From positions 1,047,221-1,079,220 of the forward strand of contig OY763044.2 of the NCBI GenBank assembly GCA_963666825.2: 32,000 nucleotides of DNA. The letters run 5' to 3'. This DNA comes from an uncultured Saccharicrinis sp. (lineage in GTDB: Bacteria > Bacteroidota > Bacteroidia > Bacteroidales > Marinilabiliaceae). The notes beneath the pieces were generated by a model, which had not been told where the DNA came from, did not search any database, and saw only the letters and a program-made list of their open reading frames with translations. Shown here piece by piece: positions 16,695-25,397 of the stretch (position 1 is the stretch's first letter; each line of letters begins with the position of its first letter). Made by a program: the position numbers and the translations under genes.

Positions 16695-18110
16695 ATGTCA
16701 ACAAAATTAATTGTCATGGAATTACCATTTGCAGAATCATATAAAATAAAGATGGTTGAACCCATCAGAAAGAGTACTCGAGAAGAACGAGAGAGGTGGA
16801 TTAAGAAAGCAAATTACAATTTATTTAATTTGAAAAGTAATCAGGTGTTTATTGACTTGCTGACAGATAGTGGAACCGGTGCTATGAGCGACCGTCAGTG
16901 GGCAAGCATGATGCTTGGGGATGAAAGTTATGCAGGCGCTTCGTCGTATTACAATTTAAAACAGTCAATTAAAAACATCTTAGGCTTTGATTACTTTTTA
17001 CCAACGCATCAAGGACGAGCTGCTGAAAATGTTTTGTTCTCTGCCTTAGTATCAGAAGGGGATGTTGTACCCGGAAATACACATTTTGATACAACAAAGG
17101 GACATATTGAGTTTCGAAAAGCATCTGCTATAGATTGTACAATAGATGAGGCGTTCGATACAACTATTTATCATCCCTTTAAAGGAAATATAGATTTAAA
17201 TAAATTGGAGAATGTATTTATTCAGTATACCAATAAAAAAATTCCTTGTATCATTGTAACAGTTACCTGTAACTCTTCCGGAGGACAGCCGGTATCAATG
17301 CAGAACCTAAAAGAGGTTTATGAGTTGTCTAAACAATATGGAATTAGAGTAATTTTTGATTCAGCTCGTTTTGCTGAAAATGCATATTTTATTAAAACGA
17401 GAGAAGAAGGGTATGCCCATAAAACAATTAAAGAGATTGTTGCAGAAATGTATACCTATGCTGATGGAATGACCATGAGTAGTAAAAAGGATGCAATCGT
17501 TAATATGGGTGGTTTTATTGCTTTACGAGAAGAAGACTTGTTTAAAAAAGCAGCTCAGTTTAATATTATTTACGAGGGATACATCACTTATGGAGGAATG
17601 TCAGGTCGTGATATGAATGCTTTGGCACAAGGTTTGGATGAGGGAACGGAGTTTGATTATTTGGAAACAAGAATCAAGCAAATTGAATATTTAGGTAACA
17701 GATTAAAAGAATTTGGTGTTCCGGTGCAGGAACCATTTGGTGGGCATGCTATTTTTGTGGATGCCAAACGTTTTTTACCACATTTACCAGTAGAACAGTT
17801 CGTAGCACAAACATTGGCTATTGAGTTATATAAAGAGGCTGGAGTGAGAGGAGTGGAAATAGGAACCTTATTGGCTGATAGAGATCCCAAAACAAGAGAA
17901 AATAGATATCCAAAATTGGAACTATTGCGATTGGCCATTCCTAGAAGAGTTTATACAAACAATCATATGGATGTGATTGCGGTTGCATTAAAGAATGTGT
18001 ATGATCGAAGAAATGAAATAAAAACGGGCTATATGATTGTGAATGAAGCACCAATTTTGCGTCATTTTACCGTAGAGTTAGCTCCATTTCAAAATGAAAT
18101 GAGTTATTAA
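16695..18110 (+). CDS. tnaA: tryptophanase (tryptophan indole-lyase), PLP-dependent beta-eliminating lyase
   Basis: FIDLLTDSGTGAMS, PTHQGRAAE, DSARFAENAYFIK (tyrosine phenol-lyase has DATRCVENAYFIK), the PLP-Lys block MSSKKDA, and LRLAIPRRVYTNNHMD. The true start may be the second Met at 16716 (MELPFAESYKIKMVEP). Confidence 0.9.
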   Translation: MSTKLIVMELPFAESYKIKMVEPIRKSTREERERWIKKANYNLFNLKSNQVFIDLLTDSGTGAMSDRQWASMMLGDESYAGASSYYNLKQSIKNILGFDYFLPTHQGRAAENVLFSALVSEGDVVPGNTHFDTTKGHIEFRKASAIDCTIDEAFDTTIYHPFKGNIDLNKLENVFIQYTNKKIPCIIVTVTCNSSGGQPVSMQNLKEVYELSKQYGIRVIFDSARFAENAYFIKTREEGYAHKTIKEIVAEMYTYADGMTMSSKKDAIVNMGGFIALREEDLFKKAAQFNIIYEGYITYGGMSGRDMNALAQGLDEGTEFDYLETRIKQIEYLGNRLKEFGVPVQEPFGGHAIFVDAKRFLPHLPVEQFVAQTLAIELYKEAGVRGVEIGTLLADRDPKTRENRYPKLELLRLAIPRRVYTNNHMDVIAVALKNVYDRRNEIKTGYMIVNEAPILRHFTVELAPFQNEMSY

Positions 18111-18152
18111 GAAAAAAGTTTTGTGTAAATACTTTGTATTAGTTTGAGTAAG

Positions 18153-18183
18153 AGAGAGACGTGTTTAACATGTCTCTTTTTTT
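18153..18183 (+). terminator. rho-independent terminator after tnaA
   Basis: GAGACGTG / CATGTCTC stem (one G-U pair) with a 5-nt loop, followed by a T7 run. Confidence 0.7.
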
Positions 18184-18261
18184 ATACAATATTCTGTGTT
18201 CTTAGTTAGGGATCTTATTAGATTTTATTCCAAAAGATTGGATTTTGAAGAACAAAGCTGT

Positions 18262-18269
18262 TAATTTTG
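18262..18269 (+). promoter_or_regulatory. candidate -7 promoter box (TAATTTTG) for the DUF4382 lipoprotein gene
   Basis: Exact TAnnTTTG match. A TTTG lies at 18244-18247, but its spacing is shorter than the canonical ~19-21 nt. Confidence 0.35.
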
Positions 18270-18303
18270 TGTCATACATATACACAACACAAAAAATATT
18301 ATT

Positions 18304-19167
18304 ATGAAGCAAACATTAAAATTGTTTACAGGAATTTCCGTGCGAAAAAATGAGGGTAACTTTCTAAAGATGACAAAAGTGTTTTTAGCATTATTTGTTA
18401 TTATAATAGGAGGTTTTATGTACTCTTGTTCTGATGATGATAACGGTACTGCAAAGTTGAGTTTAAGATTGACTGATTCACCTGCTGAGTTTGAAGAAGT
18501 ATTGATCGATGTTCAGGAAGTTAAAGTGAGTTTTCAGTCAGAAGATGATGAAAATGTAAGCTGGATTACCTTAGACGGATTGGAGCCGGCAGTCATAGAT
18601 TTACTTACGCTTACCAATGGAACTGATATTTTATTAGCAGAAGAGGAATTGCCGGTAGGAACAATATCTCAAATCAGGTTAGTGTTAGGGGATAATAATC
18701 AAGTTAAAGTTGATGGAGAGTATTATGATATTAAAACGCCATCGGCACAACAATCTGGTTTAAAATTGAATGTTCATGCGGAATTGCAAGCTGGTTTGAC
18801 ATATAAAATGTGGCTTGATTTTGATGCTGGCAGATCAATCGTTGAAAAAGGAAATGGAAGTTATTCTTTAAAACCTGTGATTAGAACATTTACAGAGGCT
18901 ACAAGTGGAGCAATAAAAGGAATGGTTTCTCCAATTGAGTCAAATGTATACATACATGCTATATCTGAAGATTTGGATACAATTTCTACTTACGCTGATT
19001 CAGAAACCGGTTACTTTTTAATAAGAGCTTTAGATGAGGGTGAGTATAAGTTAAAGTTTTTACCTGTAGATGGTTTTCTGGAAAAGGAAATAGAAGATGT
19101 ACCTGTTACAATTGGAAATGTAACAGATGTGGGAGATGTTGAAATAGAAGCAGAGGTAATAGAATAA
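18304..19167 (+). CDS. DUF4382-type lipoprotein with a C-terminal carboxypeptidase-regulatory-like beta-sandwich
   Basis: An internal Met at 18370 gives a classical lipoprotein signal (MTKVFLALFVIIIGGFMYSCSDDD). LRLTDSPAEFEEVLIDVQEVKV and LKLNVHAELQAG are DUF4382-like. The C-terminal GAIKGMVSP…GYFLIRALDEGEYKLKF resembles CarboxypepD_reg. Confidence 0.65.
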   Translation: MKQTLKLFTGISVRKNEGNFLKMTKVFLALFVIIIGGFMYSCSDDDNGTAKLSLRLTDSPAEFEEVLIDVQEVKVSFQSEDDENVSWITLDGLEPAVIDLLTLTNGTDILLAEEELPVGTISQIRLVLGDNNQVKVDGEYYDIKTPSAQQSGLKLNVHAELQAGLTYKMWLDFDAGRSIVEKGNGSYSLKPVIRTFTEATSGAIKGMVSPIESNVYIHAISEDLDTISTYADSETGYFLIRALDEGEYKLKFLPVDGFLEKEIEDVPVTIGNVTDVGDVEIEAEVIE

Positions 19168-19194
19168 TAACAGATTATTCATAATGAGATTAAG

Positions 19195-19224
19195 AAGAGA
19201 AGCTATTTTTGCTTCTCTTTTTTT
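19195..19224 (+). terminator. rho-independent terminator after the lipoprotein gene
   Basis: AAGAGAAGC / GCTTCTCTT 9-bp stem with a 7-nt loop, followed by a T-run. Confidence 0.75.
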
Positions 19225-19333
19225 ATTTATAATCATTTAATAATAAAAAATAGGTGTTTAGGAAATGACTTTTTTGTAACTTTTAAGTAAATTCTTAGCT
19301 ATAAAAGAATGACCAAATTTTAAAGATGTATTA

Positions 19334-21037
19334 TTGAATGAGATGGTAGAGTTTAAAGAAAAACATCTTAAGAGACTTGTTGTATATATTTTAACAGGTG
19401 TTTTTATCTTTTTGTTATTTGATTTTTATCAGGAGGTTCAAACGATAAAAAAGAATAAACAAGAAATATTAGGTAATGCTGCCTATCAAACATTCTTTAA
19501 GAATCTGTTGTATAGGCGTTGGGTAGCTATGCATGGTGGAGTTTATGTTCCTGTAACTTCGGATACGCCATCTAATCCATATTTAGATGTTGAAAATAAA
19601 GATGTAATTACCACAGATAGTTTGAGGCTTACTTTAGTTAATCCGGCTTATATGACTCGTCAGGCTTTTGACTTAAGTAATAAGTTAGGCGCTGAAGAGG
19701 TAGAAAAGATTACCAGTCTGAATCCAATTAATCCGGCGAACGCTCCTGATCCCTGGGAAGCAAAGGTCCTGAGAATGTTTGAAAATGGAACTGAATCATA
19801 TTCGGAGTTTGATACGATAAATGGACGGGAATTCTATCGATATATGCACTCGTTGGTAGTAGAAGAGTCTTGTTTGCAATGTCATCAATACCAGGGGTAT
19901 AAATTAGGTGATCTAAGAGGTGGTATATCTGTTGCAATATCTACAGAGATTTATAGAGAAAGAGGTGAGCGTTTCATATGGTCGGAGGCACGCTCAAATC
20001 TGTTTATATTTATCTTGCTTATAGGAGTTGTATCTGCATTTTATTGGTATGTTAAACGAATGCTTAATAAGGAATTAAGTTTAAAGCGCGAAAAAGATCT
20101 TAAGAATATAGAGATAGAGCAATTTTTTGAACATACGCCGATAAGTATATTTGTTGTAAATGATAATATGCATTTAATAAATGCAAATACATTGGGAAAA
20201 GAGATTATTGGAGTAAATAAATTACCACGTAATAAAATTACAATAGGGCAGGCTATTGGATGTGGATACTTTGAGCAGGTAGGAGCATGTACTAATTATT
20301 TGAAATGTTGTACAAAATATCAAAAAGGGAAAAAATGTTCTTTAGCTGAGATGATTAAATATGCTTTAGCTTCCGGTCGCAATCAATTTAAAAAAGAGTT
20401 ATTTATAGATATTAATTCCGGAACAGAAATAGAGAAGAGAAGCTATGTTGTTTCAATAGTTCTGCTTAATCAGGATAATCATAAGAATGTGCTTCTTATG
20501 ATGGATGATGTTACCGAAACAGCTAAGAATGCAAAAGAACTCAAAAGGATAAATGCTCGTTTAAAAAGTGTTGAGAGTATTATTTATTATAAAGCCAAAT
20601 CAACAAATGATTTATTGGATGGTGCTTTAAAAGAAATCATTAATTATACCAGTAGTGATACAGGTGCTGTTTACCATTATGATAGTATTAAAGACTTGTT
20701 TATATTGAATAACTGGTCAGATTCATATAGTCTTACGTTGGATAATCATTCTAATTTGTCTTCAGATCTGGAGTGTTTGTCAAGTGCGGTAAAATTACGT
20801 CAGCCAATCATTCGTAATAAACCAAATAAAGGTTATTCTTTTTACAAGAAGGGAGCTAATAAAGACTTAAAGTCCCTTGCAATTCCAATTATTCGAGATG
20901 GAAAAATATTGGCAGTAGTTTGGGTGGCCAGTAAAACAAAGAGTTATTCTGATTTTGATGCACAGCAGATTACTTTGTTGCTTGATGCAACCTGGGTTTT
21001 ATTTGAGAGGATGAATCTAATGGAAAAAGCACTCTGA
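19334..21037 (+). CDS. membrane sensor protein: TM - DUF3365 (Tll0287-like c-type heme domain) - TM - PAS-like (Cys-rich) - GAF; no recognisable output domain
   Basis: NPANAPDPWEAKVL…FYRYMHSLVVEESCLQCH…GDLRGGISV is the DUF3365 signature, including the CxxCH heme motif at 19871-19885. Two hydrophobic helices span residues ~14-32 and ~222-240. The C-terminal GAF-like region includes …LAIPIIRDGKILAVVWVAS…. The track start is TTG; the first ATG is at 19343. Confidence 0.8.
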   Translation: MNEMVEFKEKHLKRLVVYILTGVFIFLLFDFYQEVQTIKKNKQEILGNAAYQTFFKNLLYRRWVAMHGGVYVPVTSDTPSNPYLDVENKDVITTDSLRLTLVNPAYMTRQAFDLSNKLGAEEVEKITSLNPINPANAPDPWEAKVLRMFENGTESYSEFDTINGREFYRYMHSLVVEESCLQCHQYQGYKLGDLRGGISVAISTEIYRERGERFIWSEARSNLFIFILLIGVVSAFYWYVKRMLNKELSLKREKDLKNIEIEQFFEHTPISIFVVNDNMHLINANTLGKEIIGVNKLPRNKITIGQAIGCGYFEQVGACTNYLKCCTKYQKGKKCSLAEMIKYALASGRNQFKKELFIDINSGTEIEKRSYVVSIVLLNQDNHKNVLLMMDDVTETAKNAKELKRINARLKSVESIIYYKAKSTNDLLDGALKEIINYTSSDTGAVYHYDSIKDLFILNNWSDSYSLTLDNHSNLSSDLECLSSAVKLRQPIIRNKPNKGYSFYKKGANKDLKSLAIPIIRDGKILAVVWVASKTKSYSDFDAQQITLLLDATWVLFERMNLMEKAL

Positions 21038-21044
21038 TATAATT

Positions 21045-23984
21045 CTAACTACTTCTTGGGTCAGGAATAATAGGCATCTTAGCCATTTTTTCAACTTCGA
21101 TACTTGCAAAACCAAACTCTTCAGTTATACGACCCAGTATAAGATACATGCCATAGCCTTTAAACGGATAAGCTTGCAAAGAAGGAGGGAAGTGGGTTGT
21201 GTCGTAAAAATTACCATCTACATCAATAAAAGTAGCAAAGTGCATCAGTTGCTTTCTGACGGTTCTTACATATTTGATGCAGACCAGTTGTCCAATCATA
21301 CGTACTCTTTTCCCAACGTGATGTATGAGATCCTTTGCTTTTAATCCTCCTCTGAAAGTGGTTTGTAACAGGTCAAAGTAAGATAAAGTCACAGGAAAGC
21401 CAATTAGCTCTATCTCGTCATAGGCATCTTCAACCTTATTACGCGCAAGTTGAGGTAGTTGATATTTTTTTTGAGGTAAAGAAAAAAGAGGTTGTGAGCT
21501 TGGTTTCTTCTTGCCAGGAGTGAGTAGAAGGTGCATTTCCCAAAGAAGTTCGCTTTTGCTTTTGTTGGTAAATCGTAGTGCTCCGGTTCTGATTAATATC
21601 ACCATGCTTTCTCTTCCTGCTCCGGTTCGTTTTATGAAGTCTTCCAGATTCTTATAGAGTCCGTTTAATTCTCTTTCGTGATCAATCAACTTAGCTATTT
21701 TTGACTCCAGATTTTGAACATGTATAAAACCCAGGTAAATATCACTTCCTTTAATTGATGTGGTATAAAAGCTGTTGTTTACACAAGGTTGATGAACAAT
21801 GGCCCCTTGTCGTCGAGCCTCGTTTACATAAACCCAGGTTTGATAAAAACCTCCGAAATTATTAATTACGGCAACCATAAACTCTAAAGGATAATGAGCT
21901 TTTAAGTATAAACTTTGGAAGCTTTCAACTGCATATGATGCTGAGTGTGCTTTTGAGAATGAATATCCGGCAAAAGATTCAATTTGTCGCCATACTTCGT
22001 GAGTGATTTTATCGGGATAACCTTTTTGTCTGCAATTGCTGAAGAACTTATCCACAATGCGTTGGAATTCTTTTTTTGAACGGTATTTTCCACTCATGGC
22101 GCGACGAAGTACATCTGCATCAGCTAAATCGAGCCCGGCAAAATGGTGACAAACTTTTAGTACATCTTCCTGATAGACCATAACGCCGTAGGTTTCTTCC
22201 AGCTGTTCCTTCATTACCGGATGCAGATAAGCGATGTTGTTGGGATTATGAAAGCGCTGTATGTATTCGCGCATCATACCCGAACGGGCTACTCCCGGAC
22301 GAATAATAGAACTGGCAGCAACAAGGGTGAGGTAATTGTTACACTGTAGTTTCTTTAATAACCCACGCATGGCAGGACTCTCAATGTAAAAGCAGCCGTT
22401 GGTTTCTGCATCCTGAAGCTGATCTTTTACTTGTTTGTCGGCCATGAACTTTTCAACCTGGTGGATATCGATGTCTATACCTTTATTTTGAAGAACAATC
22501 TGCGTACAGTCTTTAATGTGTCCAATTCCTCTTTGCGAAAGAATATCCAGCTTTTCAAAACCAATATCCTCTGCAATATACATGTCCCACTGTGTGGTAG
22601 GAAAGCCTTTGGGTGGCAAATCTAATGCTGTATAGCAGGTAATAGGATCTTCAGATATCAATACTCCTCCGGCATGAATAGTTCTCAGGTTTGGGAAGTC
22701 TGTCATTAATGAGCCTATTGTATTGATTTTTTGCTTGATCTGATCATCTTTAGCCATTTCAGGATAGTCAATCATCTGGTCAATTTCTTCTTTGGGTAAA
22801 CCATATACCTTTCCTAATTCACGGATGATGGACTTACCCTTGAATGTACTCATTGCACCCAACAAAGCAGTGTGCTGCGTTCCGTATCTTTTAAAAATAT
22901 AGTCCTGAACATCCTCCCGCTCTTTCCACGAATAATCTATGTCAAAATCAGGAGGAGAGGAACGTTTGGGGTTTAAAAAACGCTCAAAATACAGGTTTAG
23001 CTTGATGGGATCAACATCGGTTATTTTTAAACAGAAGGCTACAATGCTGTTGGCACCACTGCCTCGTCCTACATGATAAAAACCTCTCGACATGGAATAC
23101 CTGATAATGTCCCAGGTAATTAAAAAATAAGCAGCAAATCCTAGTTTGTTAATAATGTGTAGCTCTTTATTAATTCTTTCACGAGCAAAAATATTGTTGG
23201 CACCATAGCGATAAAGCATGCCATCTAAAGTTAGTTTTTCAAGAAGCTTCTTATCGTCGTAAAAGCTCCCGGTAAATGTTTTTTTGTTACGAATTGCAGT
23301 GAAATCAAAGTCAAAACTACATTCTTTTAATAGTTCTTCAGTGGTTTTTATAATCTCAGGAAACTGACTGTAGCTTTGTTTTATTTTATCAGGCGAGCAT
23401 AGTGTGTCATTAATATGTCCGGCATCTTCAGGAGTAAGCTGGCTTAATAATATGTTCTTATCTATGGCCCTAAGGTGACGATGTAAAGAGTAACCTTCCT
23501 CATTACAGAAAGTAGCAGGTTGCCATATCACCAGTTTGTGTTGATGATAGCGAAACGATGACGAAATCAATTTACGAAGTTGTAGCGGTTGAATGCCTAC
23601 AAATTCATTTTCCTGTAAATCTTTAGGTTGTATGCTGCCATAAGGATAAATGACATAGGTGTGGTCAAATACTTTGGGTTTGTTAGGTAGTGTTGTATTT
23701 GTAAGATTATGGCGGGTTAAAAAATTATTAAGCTCAAGGTATCCCTGGTTGTTTTTAGCAATGCCAATGTATAGTAGTTTATGGTCTCTTCTGAATTCAA
23801 TGCCGGCTAAAGCAGTAATCCCAACTTCGCGACAAGCTTTTATAAAATCAAACAATCCGGTACTGTTGTTAATATCAGTAAGGACTAATGTTTTTATGCC
23901 TAAAGAAGATGCTTTTTTAGCCAATTCTTCCGGAGACATAACACCGTATCGTAAACTGTAATATGTATGTGTATTTAAGTGCAT
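21045..23984 (-). CDS. dnaE2: error-prone DNA polymerase III alpha-subunit paralogue (DnaE2/ImuC type)
   Basis: N-terminal PHP domain (MHLNTHTYYSLRYG). Pol IIIalpha palm motif GRGSGANSIVAFCLKITDVDP…PDFDIDY. At 979 aa it is shorter than replicative Bacteroidota DnaE. It lies downstream of a Y-family polymerase and next to an S24 repressor. Confidence 0.85.
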   Translation of the reverse strand: MHLNTHTYYSLRYGVMSPEELAKKASSLGIKTLVLTDINNSTGLFDFIKACREVGITALAGIEFRRDHKLLYIGIAKNNQGYLELNNFLTRHNLTNTTLPNKPKVFDHTYVIYPYGSIQPKDLQENEFVGIQPLQLRKLISSSFRYHQHKLVIWQPATFCNEEGYSLHRHLRAIDKNILLSQLTPEDAGHINDTLCSPDKIKQSYSQFPEIIKTTEELLKECSFDFDFTAIRNKKTFTGSFYDDKKLLEKLTLDGMLYRYGANNIFARERINKELHIINKLGFAAYFLITWDIIRYSMSRGFYHVGRGSGANSIVAFCLKITDVDPIKLNLYFERFLNPKRSSPPDFDIDYSWKEREDVQDYIFKRYGTQHTALLGAMSTFKGKSIIRELGKVYGLPKEEIDQMIDYPEMAKDDQIKQKINTIGSLMTDFPNLRTIHAGGVLISEDPITCYTALDLPPKGFPTTQWDMYIAEDIGFEKLDILSQRGIGHIKDCTQIVLQNKGIDIDIHQVEKFMADKQVKDQLQDAETNGCFYIESPAMRGLLKKLQCNNYLTLVAASSIIRPGVARSGMMREYIQRFHNPNNIAYLHPVMKEQLEETYGVMVYQEDVLKVCHHFAGLDLADADVLRRAMSGKYRSKKEFQRIVDKFFSNCRQKGYPDKITHEVWRQIESFAGYSFSKAHSASYAVESFQSLYLKAHYPLEFMVAVINNFGGFYQTWVYVNEARRQGAIVHQPCVNNSFYTTSIKGSDIYLGFIHVQNLESKIAKLIDHERELNGLYKNLEDFIKRTGAGRESMVILIRTGALRFTNKSKSELLWEMHLLLTPGKKKPSSQPLFSLPQKKYQLPQLARNKVEDAYDEIELIGFPVTLSYFDLLQTTFRGGLKAKDLIHHVGKRVRMIGQLVCIKYVRTVRKQLMHFATFIDVDGNFYDTTHFPPSLQAYPFKGYGMYLILGRITEEFGFASIEVEKMAKMPIIPDPRSS

Positions 23985-24004
23985 TTCTTTTAGTTTTCAG
24001 ATAA

Positions 24005-24049
24005 CAGTCTTCAGTCAACTGCTAACTGGAGACTGCCAACTGCATACTG
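24005..24049. repeat. 7-nt-periodic tetramer array in the dinB-dnaE2 spacer: CAGT x2 then ACTG x5 (+ strand)
   Basis: CAGT occurs at 24005 and 24012. ACTG occurs at 24018, 24025, 24032, 24039 and 24046. On the mRNA strand this reads CAGU x5 followed by ACUG x2. Confidence 0.7.
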
Positions 24050-24071
24050 AGGGCTGTTTTACTTTCAATGT

Positions 24072-25223
24072 CTAATGCATGGCAGCAGCTCTGCCAATGG
24101 CATCTTTTCCATAGCGTTTTCTTATTCTATCCATAGTTTGGTACAGGTTAACTGTTTCAGGAGTGTCTTCAAATAAATTAAGTTGTTGTGTACCGCTAAT
24201 TAAACTGCTGAGTCTGATTCCCAGTAAGCGGATGAGCATTCGTCGGGTGTAAACTCGTTTAAAAAGATCCTGAGCAATAGAAATAATATCATGATCAAAG
24301 GAGGTGTAAGCCACTCTTTTTTGAAGAGAATGCGTGTCGAAATTTGAATATTTTATTTTTACAGAAATACAGCCTGTTAATTTTTGCTTGCTACGAAGTT
24401 CAAAGGCCAGTTTCTCCGACATACGAATAATAAGTTCATTTAAATACCTGATGTCGGTAGTGTCCTGTTCAAAAGTACGTTCAGTACTAATTGATTTTTG
24501 CTCTGTATATCTGATAACAGGAGTGGGATCTATGCCATTGGCTTTCTTCCAGATCATGATTCCGTTTTGCCCCAGTACACGTTGCATCATGTCAATAGGA
24601 ATCTGACTTAATGTTTCAATGTTTATAACACCCATAGAACGTAATAATTGATAGGTTTTAGGACCTAACATAGGAATCTTCTTTATTGAAAGAGGGTTTA
24701 AAAAGGGTTGTACAGATGTTGGTATTATTTCCAGTTCTCCATTGGGTTTTGCTTCGCCGGTTGCAATTTTAGATACGGTTTTGTTCACCGATAAGCCAAA
24801 TGAAATAGGCAATCCTGTTTCTTTGATAATGGTTTGACGCAGTTCTTTACTCCATTTTAAACAACCAAAAAAGCGATCCATCCCTGTTAAATCCAGGTAG
24901 TGCTCGTCAATGGATGCTTTTTCATAAACGGGAGCTTTTTCAGCTATGATTTCAGTTACAATACGTGATTGTTTGGAGTATTCATCCATGTCACCTCTGA
25001 TGAAGTAGGCATCACTACATAGTTGACGTGCCATTTTCATGGGCATAGCTGAGTGTACGCCAAATTTACGAGCTTCATAACTGCATCCGGCAACAACACC
25101 ACGATCAGACATGCCCCCAATAATAACAGGTTTCCCATTTAAAACGCTGTTATGTAATCTCTCTACCGACACAAAAAATGTGTCCAAATCCATATGTACT
25201 ATTTGTCGTTGACTACCAGACAT
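24072..25223 (-). CDS. dinB: Y-family DNA polymerase (Pol IV/DinB-like) with intact catalytic acidic residues
   Basis: VHMDLDTFFVSVE (canonical D-x-D…E block), SIDEHYLDLTG (catalytic D/E), and the little-finger region. Its 383-aa length fits DinB rather than the catalytically dead ImuB. Confidence 0.85.
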   Translation of the reverse strand: MSGSQRQIVHMDLDTFFVSVERLHNSVLNGKPVIIGGMSDRGVVAGCSYEARKFGVHSAMPMKMARQLCSDAYFIRGDMDEYSKQSRIVTEIIAEKAPVYEKASIDEHYLDLTGMDRFFGCLKWSKELRQTIIKETGLPISFGLSVNKTVSKIATGEAKPNGELEIIPTSVQPFLNPLSIKKIPMLGPKTYQLLRSMGVINIETLSQIPIDMMQRVLGQNGIMIWKKANGIDPTPVIRYTEQKSISTERTFEQDTTDIRYLNELIIRMSEKLAFELRSKQKLTGCISVKIKYSNFDTHSLQKRVAYTSFDHDIISIAQDLFKRVYTRRMLIRLLGIRLSSLISGTQQLNLFEDTPETVNLYQTMDRIRKRYGKDAIGRAAAMH

Positions 25224-25236
25224 CTTTTTTATAAAA

Positions 25237-25253
25237 TGATTAGAAAATAATCA
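25237..25253. promoter_or_regulatory. candidate operator 1: TGATTA-N5-TAATCA perfect palindrome
   Basis: Lies 14-30 nt upstream of the dinB-like ATG, in the divergent control region shared with the S24 repressor gene. Confidence 0.45.
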
Positions 25254-25266
25254 AAGTTGTGTTTAT

Positions 25267-25290
25267 AATATAATCAAAAATGATTATATT
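25267..25290. promoter_or_regulatory. candidate operator 2: AATATAATCA-AAAA-TGATTATATT perfect 10-bp inverted repeat
   Basis: Uses the same TAATCA/TGATTA hexamers in the opposite arrangement. Lies 44-67 nt upstream of the dinB-like ATG. Confidence 0.45.
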
Positions 25291-25321
25291 TGGAAATATT
25301 AGTCTGGGTGATTTTGCTTTT

Positions 25322-25338
25322 TGATTAGTATATAATCT
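25322..25338. promoter_or_regulatory. candidate operator 3: TGATTA-N5-TAATCT (11/12 palindrome)
   Basis: Lies 60-76 nt upstream of the repressor ATG at 25398. Confidence 0.4.
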
Positions 25339-25397
25339 GAATAAAGTGGAACATCTTCAGTTATTTGAGTTGTTAATATCTTTTTTATTGAATAGCT

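Noticed and set aside
21045-23984. Calling the 979-aa Pol III alpha homologue the replicative DnaE
   Set aside because: It is short for a Bacteroidota replicative alpha subunit. Its operon context, with a Y-family polymerase and an S24 repressor, fits DnaE2. The whole genome would be needed to confirm a second, longer dnaE.
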